Shown here: one piece after another, positions 47,215 to 55,246 of the stretch
Numbering within the stretch: the stretch's first letter is position 1
Layout: each line of letters starts with the position of its first letter
From: Bacteroidales bacterium
GTDB lineage: Bacteria; Bacteroidota; Bacteroidia; Bacteroidales; FEN-979
Length of the DNA stretch: 64,000 bases
Assembly: GCA_049317265.1 (NCBI GenBank)
Contig: JBMOIP010000007.1
Span: 69,194-133,193 of the forward strand
Direction: 5' to 3'
The notes under the pieces: generated by a model
Database searches by the model: none
Told to the model about the DNA's origin: nothing
What the model saw: only the letters and a program-made list of their open reading frames with translations
Translations under genes and position numbers: made by a program

Positions 47215-47703
47215 TTACCCCAATCTTTCGTAGGTCTCATTTGAATAGTCGAAATCATTGGTTTCATCCGATGGAAAATCCTCTTTTGAGATGAGTTTCC
47301 AGTGTGAAAAATCGATTTCGGGGAAGAAGACGTCGGCCTCGAAGGACTTGTGAACCAACGTGAGGTACAACCGGCTGGCATGGGGTAAAAACTGGCGGTA
47401 AACTGAGGCGCCGCCAATGATAAAATTCTCCTCCTCAGGGTCGCACAGGGAGATCGCTTCATGGATGGAGTAAGCCATTTCACACCCCTCGATCTTCTCG
47501 CCTGGCAGGTCGGTGATCACAATATTCCGTCGGTTTGGCAAAGGACGCCTGGGGAGAGATTCCCAGGTTCGTTTGCCCATGATGACAGGATGTCCGCTGG
47601 TAATTTGTTTGAATCTTTTCAGATCGGCGGGAATGTGCCACAGCAGATCGTTATCTTTCCCGATGGCCATATTTTGAGCGATGGCGACAATTATTGAGAT
47701 CAT
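47215..47703 (-). CDS. folA: Dihydrofolate reductase
   Basis: ISIIVAIAQNMAIGKDNDLLWHIPADLKRFKQITSGHPVIMGKRTWESLP matches DHFR. Confidence 0.95.
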   Translation of the reverse strand: MISIIVAIAQNMAIGKDNDLLWHIPADLKRFKQITSGHPVIMGKRTWESLPRRPLPNRRNIVITDLPGEKIEGCEMAYSIHEAISLCDPEEENFIIGGASVYRQFLPHASRLYLTLVHKSFEADVFFPEIDFSHWKLISKEDFPSDETNDFDYSNETYERLG

Positions 47704-47712
47704 TTTTCGGAT

Positions 47713-48507
47713 TTAAATGGCGATATCCCCTTTGATATGCGGATGAGACTGATAATTAATCAATTGAAAATCATCAAACCGAAACTCGTCAATATTGCTT
47801 ATTTCCGGATTGATTTTCAACTGTGGTGATGGCATGGGTTCCCGTGTAAGCTGCAATTTTGCCTGGTCGAGATGGTTGAGATAGATATGTGCATCACCCA
47901 GCGTGTGGATGAAATCACCTGCTTTCAACCCGGCAGCTTGTGCCATCATCAAGGTAAGCAGGGCATAGGAGGCGATGTTAAAGGGGACGCCAAGGAAAAT
48001 ATCACAGCTTCGCTGGTACATCTGGCATGAAAGCTCACCATTGGCCACATAGAACTGAAACAGCAGGTGACAGGGCGGAAGAGCCATCTTATCCAGGTCT
48101 CCCACATTCCAGGCACTGACAATATGTCGACGCGAATCGGGATTTGTACGGATTGAATCGACTACCTGCCTGACCTGGTCAACATGGGAGCCATCCGGTT
48201 TTGGCCACGAGCGCCACTGGTATCCATAAATGGGCCCCAGGTTTCCATCCTTGTCGGCCCATTCGTTCCAGATGGTCACTTTATTGTCGGTGAGATATTT
48301 TGTGTTGGTTGCACCCTGCAGAAACCAGAGCAATTCGTGGATGATGGAGCGGAGGTGCAGCTTCTTGGTGGTGAGCAATGGGAAGCTTTCCCGAAGATCG
48401 AACCTCATTTGGTACCCAAAAACACTGATGGTGCCGGTACCTGTGCGGTCGGATTTATTGACACCATTTTTCAGTACATTGTCGAGCAGTTCGAGGTATT
48501 GCTTCAT
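47713..48507 (-). CDS. thyA: Thymidylate synthase (ThyA type)
   Basis: [28 protein letters not shown] and the active site LPPCH..FQFYV match ThyA. Confidence 0.97.
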   Translation of the reverse strand: MKQYLELLDNVLKNGVNKSDRTGTGTISVFGYQMRFDLRESFPLLTTKKLHLRSIIHELLWFLQGATNTKYLTDNKVTIWNEWADKDGNLGPIYGYQWRSWPKPDGSHVDQVRQVVDSIRTNPDSRRHIVSAWNVGDLDKMALPPCHLLFQFYVANGELSCQMYQRSCDIFLGVPFNIASYALLTLMMAQAAGLKAGDFIHTLGDAHIYLNHLDQAKLQLTREPMPSPQLKINPEISNIDEFRFDDFQLINYQSHPHIKGDIAI

Positions 48508-48538
48508 CAGAAATTAAGAATTATAAATGCAGGTAAAT

Positions 48539-49792
48539 TTAGTGAGAGGTCACTGCTATTGCCTTGGGATCGTGTTTATGTTTAAACAGAATGGCAAATG
48601 CAACCGCCACAATCAAGGCATAGATTGCAAAAGCAAGCCAGATTCCATGCCAGTCTTTACCCTGGGGATGTGTGTAAAATTTATCAATAATGAATCCGCT
48701 TATTTTGCTGCCTGAGTAGGCCCCAAAACCGTTGGTCATCATCATAAAAAGACCCTGTGCACTCGACCTTATTTTAGAATCGGTTGTGGTTTCGACAAAT
48801 AAGGACCCGGAAATATTGAAAAAATCGAAAGCCATGCCATAAACGATACAGGACAAAATGATCATCCATAATCCGCCGGATGGATTTCCAAAAGAGAATA
48901 ATCCAAACCGGAGTACCCAGGCAATCATGCTGAAAAGCATCACTTTTTTAATTCCAAAGCGCCGCAGGAAGAAAGGGATTGTGAGGATAAACAGGGTCTC
49001 CGACATCTGGGAGATCGACATGATGATCGTAGAGTATTTTACAACAAATGAATCGGCATATTGCGGAATATTCCTGAAATCATCCAGGAAAGAATCGCCA
49101 TACATATTGGTCAGTTGCAATGCGGCACCCAGGAACATGGCAAAAATAAAGAATAATGCCATCTTGTAATTTAAAAACAGTTTAAACGCATCTAAACCTA
49201 ATTGTTCCATAATGGAAGCGTTTTTAGATATCGATTTCTGCGGGAGGCATTTGGGCAAAGTAAACGAATAGATACCCAAAACAATGGCTGCCACTGCTCC
49301 AATAATGAACTGGTTGGCATTGGCCTTACTGCCGGATAAATTGGTGCACCACATGGCGATAATGAAGCCGATGGTGCCCCAGACCCGAATCGGAGGATAT
49401 GCCTTTACAACATCAAAATTGTTGTTTTTTAAGATTGAATAGGAGATAGAGTTAGATAGCGATATGGTCGGCATGTAAAAAATCATCGCCAGCAATATCA
49501 CGTAGTACAGGGTATCCGGATCATTGACTTGAGGCACAAAGAAGAGTACACATCCATATAAAATGTGCAGCGCACCATAGAGTTTTTCGGTATTGATCCA
49601 TTTGTCGGCAATAATACCGGTAAGAGCCGGCATAAAGATTGAAGCAATTGCGAGGGTAGAAAAAATTGCTCCAAACTGGGCCCCTGTCCATCCTTTGGCA
49701 TTAAAACAATAGGTTCCGATGGTAATGAGCCAGGCCCCCCATACAAAGAACTGGAAAAAATTCATCAGTATTAAACGAAGTTTTATTCCCAT
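48539..49792 (-). CDS. nupG: Nucleoside:H+ symporter, NupG family (MFS)
   Basis: Several blocks are near-identical to E. coli NupG as I remember it: FFQFFVWGAWLITIG, PPIRVWGTIGFIIAMW, ISQMSETLFILTIPFFLRRFGIKKVM, AFDFFNISGSLFVE and SAQGLFMMMTNGFG. Confidence 0.9.
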   Translation of the reverse strand: MGIKLRLILMNFFQFFVWGAWLITIGTYCFNAKGWTGAQFGAIFSTLAIASIFMPALTGIIADKWINTEKLYGALHILYGCVLFFVPQVNDPDTLYYVILLAMIFYMPTISLSNSISYSILKNNNFDVVKAYPPIRVWGTIGFIIAMWCTNLSGSKANANQFIIGAVAAIVLGIYSFTLPKCLPQKSISKNASIMEQLGLDAFKLFLNYKMALFFIFAMFLGAALQLTNMYGDSFLDDFRNIPQYADSFVVKYSTIIMSISQMSETLFILTIPFFLRRFGIKKVMLFSMIAWVLRFGLFSFGNPSGGLWMIILSCIVYGMAFDFFNISGSLFVETTTDSKIRSSAQGLFMMMTNGFGAYSGSKISGFIIDKFYTHPQGKDWHGIWLAFAIYALIVAVAFAILFKHKHDPKAIAVTSH

Positions 49793-49834
49793 CAGGATTT
49801 TCTTTTAAGTATTAATAAGTCATGTTCAGGAAAA

Positions 49835-50419
49835 TTATTTGCGCTTGTTCAGTTCATCCCGTATTTTGGATGCTTTTTCATACTCCTCGTTTTCAATAGC
49901 GCTTTGAAGCATCTCTTTCAGTTCTGCCTGGGAGGCATCCGGAAATGAGACATTCACCTCAGGGAGCTCTTCGATGGATGGCTCTTCCTGTTTGAGCAGT
50001 TCGGCTTCTTCCTCCATCAATATTCCTGCAGCCGACATAATGTTTTCGTAAGTATAAACCGGGCAACCAAATCTTAAAGCCAGGGCAATGGCGTCTGAAG
50101 TACGGGAATCGACCTCCTCGGTTTTAACCCCGTCGGAACAGATCAGTTTGGCATAGAAGACCCCTTCGCTGAAATTGCTGATGATCACCTCGGATATTTC
50201 AATTTTATAGGCATCAGCAAATGCCTTAAAAAGATCATGGGTAAGGGGACGGGGAGTCTTGATTTTTTCAAGTTCTATGGCAATGGATTGAGCCTCGAAC
50301 CCACCAATGATAATCGGTAAGCGCCGGTTCCCTTCATGTTCACCGAGAATGAGTGCATAAGCCCCGCTTTGCGACTGGCTGTATGACATTCCGATGATAT
50401 CCAACCTGATTTTTTTCAT
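49835..50419 (-). CDS. Bifunctional nuclease family protein (DUF151) with C-terminal UVR motif
   Basis: IIGMSYSQSQSGAYALILGE..GNRRLPIIIGGFEAQSIA...RPLTHDL is the BFN core. The C-terminus EEYEKASKIRDEL is UvrB/C-like. I chose ATG 50419 because a TAnnTTTG box covers the track start. Confidence 0.8.
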   Translation of the reverse strand: MKKIRLDIIGMSYSQSQSGAYALILGEHEGNRRLPIIIGGFEAQSIAIELEKIKTPRPLTHDLFKAFADAYKIEISEVIISNFSEGVFYAKLICSDGVKTEEVDSRTSDAIALALRFGCPVYTYENIMSAAGILMEEEAELLKQEEPSIEELPEVNVSFPDASQAELKEMLQSAIENEEYEKASKIRDELNKRK

Positions 50420-50446
50420 TTTTCTCACCGCATATTTCCTACAATA

Positions 50447-50454
50447 CAAACCTA
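50447..50454 (-). promoter_or_regulatory. -7 promoter box (TAGGTTTG on minus strand) for the nuclease gene
   Basis: The reverse complement of CAAACCTA, 27 nt upstream of ATG 50419. Confidence 0.4.
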
Positions 50455-50516
50455 CGGGAATTTTCCCTAACTGACAAAAGATGTTAAAAAAAATTATGAT
50501 TTCTTAAAATTCTTCC

Positions 50517-50524
50517 TATTTTTG
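50517..50524 (+). promoter_or_regulatory. -7 promoter box (TATTTTTG) for hppA
   Basis: It lies 30 nt upstream of ATG 50555. Confidence 0.5.
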
Positions 50525-50554
50525 TGAACAGTTCAAATAATTAAATAGGTAAAT

Positions 50555-52975
50555 ATGAAAAGAGCCACTACAATTCTTATGGCTTTGCTATTGCCATTTC
50601 TGACAATGGCAAGCGAAGCAAATCTTGTGATTCCTGCAGGGATTCGGGAACAATCAATTCTTTACTGGGGATTTTTAATCACCATTGCAGGTTTTATGTT
50701 TGGATTATACCAATTCCTGAAGGTGAAAAAAATCGGTGCACACAAATCCATGCTGGATGTTGCACAGGTCATTTTCGAGACATCCAAAACCTACCTGGTC
50801 CAGCAGGGAAAATTCCTGGTGATTCTTTTCGTTTTTATCGGTTCCGCCGTGGCATTTTATTTCGGATGGCTCTCTGATGCCAGCTTTGGAATTGGTGGCG
50901 TATTAATGATCCTGGGATGGACCATTATCGGTATCCTTGGTTCATACAGTGTGGCCTGGTTTGGAATCAGGATGAACACCCTTGCCAACTCCCGGATGGC
51001 CTTTGCATCCCTGGAGAGAAAACCGATCAAGCTTCTGAACATCCCCCTGAATGCCGGAATGAGCATCGGGGTTGTTTTAATTTCACTTGAGCTTATCATG
51101 ATGCTCATCATTTTAATGTTTGTTCCGGGTGAATATGCCGGTGCAAGTTTTATCGGCTTTGCCATTGGTGAATCGCTTGGCGCTTCAGCTTTGAGAATTG
51201 CCGGTGGTATTTTTACAAAAATTGCCGACATCGGATCTGACCTTATGAAGGTGATCTTCAAGATCGGTGAAGATGATCCAAGAAATCCAGGAACCATTGC
51301 CGACTGTGTTGGCGACAATGCCGGAGACAGTGTAGGCCCAACAGCTGATGGTTTTGAAACTTACGGAGTAACCGGTGTTGCGTTAATCTCTTTTATTGTT
51401 TTGGCAGTTACAGACCCCGCCCTCCAGGTTCAGTTACTTACATGGATCTTTGTGATGCGTATCTTTATGATCATCACCTCCATTGTGTCATTCTGGATCA
51501 ACGGCGCCATCAGCAAAGCCAAGTACAGCAATGCAGATGACCTGGATTTCGAGAAACCCCTTACCTCCCTGGTGTGGATTACTTCGCTGTTGTCAATTGT
51601 TGTTACTTTCGTTATCAGCTACATGACCATCAGCGATCTTCCCAATGACTTATGGATCACCCTTTCGGTCATCATCAGTGCAGGTACGCTCGGCGCTGCC
51701 CTGATTCCGGAATTTACCAAACTCTTTACCAGTCCCAAATCAACCCATGTGAAAGAGGTGGTTGTTGCTTCCCAGGAAGGCGGCGCGTCGCTGAATATTC
51801 TTTCAGGACTTGTTGCCGGTAACTTCAGCGCCTTCTGGCAAGGGATGGTTTTCTTCCTCCTGATGTTCATTGCCTATTTTGCCAGTACATTCGGATTGGC
51901 CAACTTCATGATCTATCCATCCATTTTCGCCTTCGGACTTGTTGCCTTTGGCATGCTGGGCATGGGACCTGTCACCATCGCTGTTGACAGTTACGGGCCC
52001 GTTACGGATAATGCACAATCCATTTACGAATTATCACTGATTGAAGAGATCCCGGGGATCTCAGCTGAAATTGAGCGTGACTTCGGATTCAAACCCGATT
52101 TCGAAAAGTCAAAACATTATCTAGAAGCAAACGATGGAGCTGGCAATACCTTCAAAGCCACAGCGAAACCGGTATTGATCGGAACGGCTGTGGTAGGCGC
52201 CACCACCATGATTTTCTCCCTGATCCTGGTTATTAAAAATTCGCTGGGTATTGAACCCGAGCAGATACTGACCTTGCTCAACCCGTATACCATTCTTGGT
52301 TTCCTGCTTGGCGGGGCGGTCATCTACTGGTTCAGCGGGGCCTCCATCCAGGCTGTAACGACCGGTGCCAGCCGGGCAGTGGCTTACATCAAGGATAATA
52401 TCAACCTTGACCCCAACGCTCCGAAGAAGGCCGATACGGCCAAATCCAAAGAGGTTGTCAAGATTTGCACCGTTTATGCTCAAAAGGGGATGCTCAATAT
52501 CTTCATTGCCATCTTCTCCTTTGCCCTGGCGTTTGCATTCCTCTCCTCACCCACGGGCCTGGAAAATTCGATGAGCGCAGCAGATAAACTGAACTTTGCA
52601 CTTCCTGTCTCCCTGTTTGTCAGTTACCTGATTTCCATTGCTTTCTTCGGCTTATACCAGGCCATCTTCATGGCCAATGCCGGTGGCGCATGGGATAATG
52701 CAAAAAAAGTGATTGAAGTGGATATGAAAGAGAAGGGAACTGAACTTCATGCAGCTTCTGTGGTTGGTGATACGGTTGGAGATCCATTTAAAGATACCTC
52801 CTCTGTTGCATTAAACCCGATCATTAAATTCACAACCTTATTTGGTCTTTTAGCCATGGAAATTGCACTTTCGGAGCATTTCAGGCCTATTGCCCATTAT
52901 GTAGGGGTTGCATTTTTTATTGTTGCCTTGTATTTCGTTTACCGTTCATTTTACAAAATGCGTATTAAAGACTAA
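50555..52975 (+). CDS. hppA: Membrane-bound ion-translocating pyrophosphatase (divergent, Lys-type at the K+-dependence position)
   Basis: DCVGDNAGDSVGPTADGFETY, GGAWDNAKK and VGDTVGDPFKDTSS..LNPIIK are M-PPase signatures. GNTFKATAKP replaces the canonical GNTTAA/GNTTKA block. Confidence 0.9.
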   Translation: MKRATTILMALLLPFLTMASEANLVIPAGIREQSILYWGFLITIAGFMFGLYQFLKVKKIGAHKSMLDVAQVIFETSKTYLVQQGKFLVILFVFIGSAVAFYFGWLSDASFGIGGVLMILGWTIIGILGSYSVAWFGIRMNTLANSRMAFASLERKPIKLLNIPLNAGMSIGVVLISLELIMMLIILMFVPGEYAGASFIGFAIGESLGASALRIAGGIFTKIADIGSDLMKVIFKIGEDDPRNPGTIADCVGDNAGDSVGPTADGFETYGVTGVALISFIVLAVTDPALQVQLLTWIFVMRIFMIITSIVSFWINGAISKAKYSNADDLDFEKPLTSLVWITSLLSIVVTFVISYMTISDLPNDLWITLSVIISAGTLGAALIPEFTKLFTSPKSTHVKEVVVASQEGGASLNILSGLVAGNFSAFWQGMVFFLLMFIAYFASTFGLANFMIYPSIFAFGLVAFGMLGMGPVTIAVDSYGPVTDNAQSIYELSLIEEIPGISAEIERDFGFKPDFEKSKHYLEANDGAGNTFKATAKPVLIGTAVVGATTMIFSLILVIKNSLGIEPEQILTLLNPYTILGFLLGGAVIYWFSGASIQAVTTGASRAVAYIKDNINLDPNAPKKADTAKSKEVVKICTVYAQKGMLNIFIAIFSFALAFAFLSSPTGLENSMSAADKLNFALPVSLFVSYLISIAFFGLYQAIFMANAGGAWDNAKKVIEVDMKEKGTELHAASVVGDTVGDPFKDTSSVALNPIIKFTTLFGLLAMEIALSEHFRPIAHYVGVAFFIVALYFVYRSFYKMRIKD

Positions 52976-52996
52976 CTTTCAACTACTTGCAAAACT

Positions 52997-53033
52997 GAGG
53001 CTGTGGGAATGTTTCCTTCAGCCTCTTTTTTTT
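52997..53033 (+). terminator. Intrinsic terminator after hppA
   Basis: GAGGCTG...GGAA-tgt-TTCC...CAGCCTC is followed by TTTTTTTT. Confidence 0.8.
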
Positions 53034-53093
53034 CCTGCGTGAGGCAACCATTGGAAACAGTTGTGTTACATTTATACGGGAATATATACCATC

Positions 53094-53678
53094 GTGGAGG
53101 AAGAACTTATTAAAAAAGCCATAGCCAGGGATTCAGGCGCCATTGAAGCGTTGTATGACCGCCATGCACCTCCCCTGCTGAGCGTTTGCTACCGGTATTG
53201 CGGAAACCGTTCTGACGCCGAAGATATCCTTCACGATGGGTTTATCAAGATCATTCAGAAGATTGGGACTTTCAAAATCCGTTCTGAAGGAAGTCTGGAG
53301 GCCTGGATGAGACGGATCATGGTGAATACGGCCCTGAATTTTCTTCGTGACAGGATGAAGGAGAAAAACTTAATCGATATCGATCCGATTCTTGATAAGA
53401 TCGACCTGCATGAGGAAGATGAAGAAGATACTGAAGGAATCTACCTTGAGTTGGGAAAAGAGAGGATCATGGAAATAATTTGCGAACTGCCCACCGGTTA
53501 CCGGACGGTTTTCAACCTCTACGTTTTTGAACAATACGGGCATAAGGAGATTGCTGAAATGCTTAAATGCTCTGAAAACACATCCAAGTCGCAGCTTTCA
53601 AAAGCGCGCGTACTATTGAGAAAAAAGATAAATCAACTGGTCAATATAAAACCATCACCGACCTATGAAAAAATATAA
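53094..53678 (+). CDS. ECF-subfamily RNA polymerase sigma-70 factor
   Basis: Region 2 is LYDRHAPPLLSVCYRYCGNRSDAEDILHDGFIKI and region 4 is LPTGYRTVFNLYVFEQYGHKEIAEMLKCSENTSKSQLSKAR. No in-frame ATG is available, so the start is either GTG 53094 (my preference) or TTG 53061. Confidence 0.88.
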   Translation: MEEELIKKAIARDSGAIEALYDRHAPPLLSVCYRYCGNRSDAEDILHDGFIKIIQKIGTFKIRSEGSLEAWMRRIMVNTALNFLRDRMKEKNLIDIDPILDKIDLHEEDEEDTEGIYLELGKERIMEIICELPTGYRTVFNLYVFEQYGHKEIAEMLKCSENTSKSQLSKARVLLRKKINQLVNIKPSPTYEKI

Positions 53679-55122
53679 TCATCCGATCGATGATTTTTTC
53701 AGGGATGCCCTGGATGATCATCAGATGACTCCTTCGGAAGAGGCCAGAAAGGCCTTTCTGAAGGACATTGCCGGGGATACCCCCCCTGGCAAAAGAGGGC
53801 GAAGCGGATTAATTCTCCTTTCGGTTTTCCTTCTGCTGGCCGGTGCCGGAATTCTTATATGGGCATTCAACCGGGAAGGGCATGCCACCAAGGGAGACAT
53901 GATCCCTGCACCTTCCTCCATCAACAAGGCATCTGTAAAGCTGCCTTCCAACACGTTGAACAGCACAACAGTAGCAAGCCCATCCGGGAAGAACAAAACG
54001 GACATTAACACGCCAAAACCTCTGAACCATCCTGGTTCGCCAGCAAAACAGCCAAAAGAAGCGCAACAACCAACCACTACAAAAACAGCGACCTACAGAT
54101 CGGGAAAATTAAATTCAACCAGGATGGTTGAAGCACCAGTAACTACAGGCAAAGGTCTTGAATATGCCTCTTCAACCGAAACGCAACCTGCCTATATTAA
54201 AACCCTTGAAAATCCTTCACCTTCAACACAAGCAGATACTCCGCAGGCCTTACAACCGGCTGACAACAAATCAGCCGCAACCGTCACGACCCCTTTACCA
54301 GACGGGGAGAAACCTGCTGAATCTTCGTTATTGAATGTGGATCCAGCGTTAACCGCCAAACAAGAATCCCCGGCAGATCAAACACCTGTGGAAAAAAAGG
54401 GACCCAGGGGAGGCGATATGCCCAACGAGAGGAAGTGGAATTTGGATCTCGGGGTTTACTATACCCCCGAATGGATGTTCAACACCCTGGAGGGAAGCAA
54501 GTTCGTGAATAATTTCGGGGTGGAGGGAACCATTCGTTTCGGGAAATTTTCTGTGCGTACCGGGGCCGGATTATCGATCGCAAGGGGGACCAATGAACTG
54601 ATGGTTGCTTACAATGATTTCCTGGGAAAATATGATAAGCTCGACTCTGTTGATTTTACTTGGAACAGCCCGACACATGATTTTATTCCGACCAAGTACC
54701 TGTCAAAAAAAGATGTTTGGGACAGCCTCATGAAAATTGAGAGCGCAAGGGTCGTCAAGAGGTACACCTACATTCAGATTCCGATGATCATGGGTTATGA
54801 TTTCCTGCAGTCGGGACGGATCACGGTTGGCGTTAGAGTTGGCCCTGTATTGTCTGTCCTGCTCACTGCCAAACAATTATCTGAAACCTATGACCCCGGT
54901 AACAAGCGGATCATCAGCATTAACGACATTGCCCCGGAACAGGTCAATCTCAACTGGCAGGTAATGGGTGGGATCAGTATGGCGATCCGGTTGACAGAGA
55001 AGTTAAAATTTGAATTGGAGCCCTGTGCAAGATACTATTTCAACTCTGTATATGAGAAACCGGCAAACAACACAAAGCCCTGGTCATTGGGCCTTCGTGC
55101 TGCATTTTCGATTGAGTTTTAA
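53665..55122 (+). CDS. Sigma-coupled membrane protein: short cytoplasmic N-terminus, one TM helix, Pro/Thr/Ser-rich linker, C-terminal OMP-like beta-barrel domain (putative anti-sigma/PorT-like)
   Basis: It overlaps the sigma gene by 14 nt. IDDFFRDALDDHQMTPSEE is followed by the TM helix GLILLSVFLLLAGAGILIWAF. A ~170-aa low-complexity linker comes next. The last ~230 aa have alternating beta-strand patterns and end in AAFSIEF. Confidence 0.55.
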   Translation: MKKYNHPIDDFFRDALDDHQMTPSEEARKAFLKDIAGDTPPGKRGRSGLILLSVFLLLAGAGILIWAFNREGHATKGDMIPAPSSINKASVKLPSNTLNSTTVASPSGKNKTDINTPKPLNHPGSPAKQPKEAQQPTTTKTATYRSGKLNSTRMVEAPVTTGKGLEYASSTETQPAYIKTLENPSPSTQADTPQALQPADNKSAATVTTPLPDGEKPAESSLLNVDPALTAKQESPADQTPVEKKGPRGGDMPNERKWNLDLGVYYTPEWMFNTLEGSKFVNNFGVEGTIRFGKFSVRTGAGLSIARGTNELMVAYNDFLGKYDKLDSVDFTWNSPTHDFIPTKYLSKKDVWDSLMKIESARVVKRYTYIQIPMIMGYDFLQSGRITVGVRVGPVLSVLLTAKQLSETYDPGNKRIISINDIAPEQVNLNWQVMGGISMAIRLTEKLKFELEPCARYYFNSVYEKPANNTKPWSLGLRAAFSIEF

Positions 55123-55246
55123 TTTTTTCGCTATCCGTGGGCAACCATTTAATTTGAGCGGGTTATAACATCATCAAACATCCGGAACCAGGTTCTTAAA
55201 GAAATCACAAATCAATAAATACACCCATCATTAAAACAAATCTACC

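Noticed and set aside
48184-48585. 133-aa and 95-aa plus-strand ORFs over thyA
   Set aside because: They are antisense to a near-canonical thymidylate synthase gene.
50857-51318. A 153-aa minus-strand ORF inside hppA
   Set aside because: It is antisense to the pyrophosphatase gene and has a shadow-frame composition.
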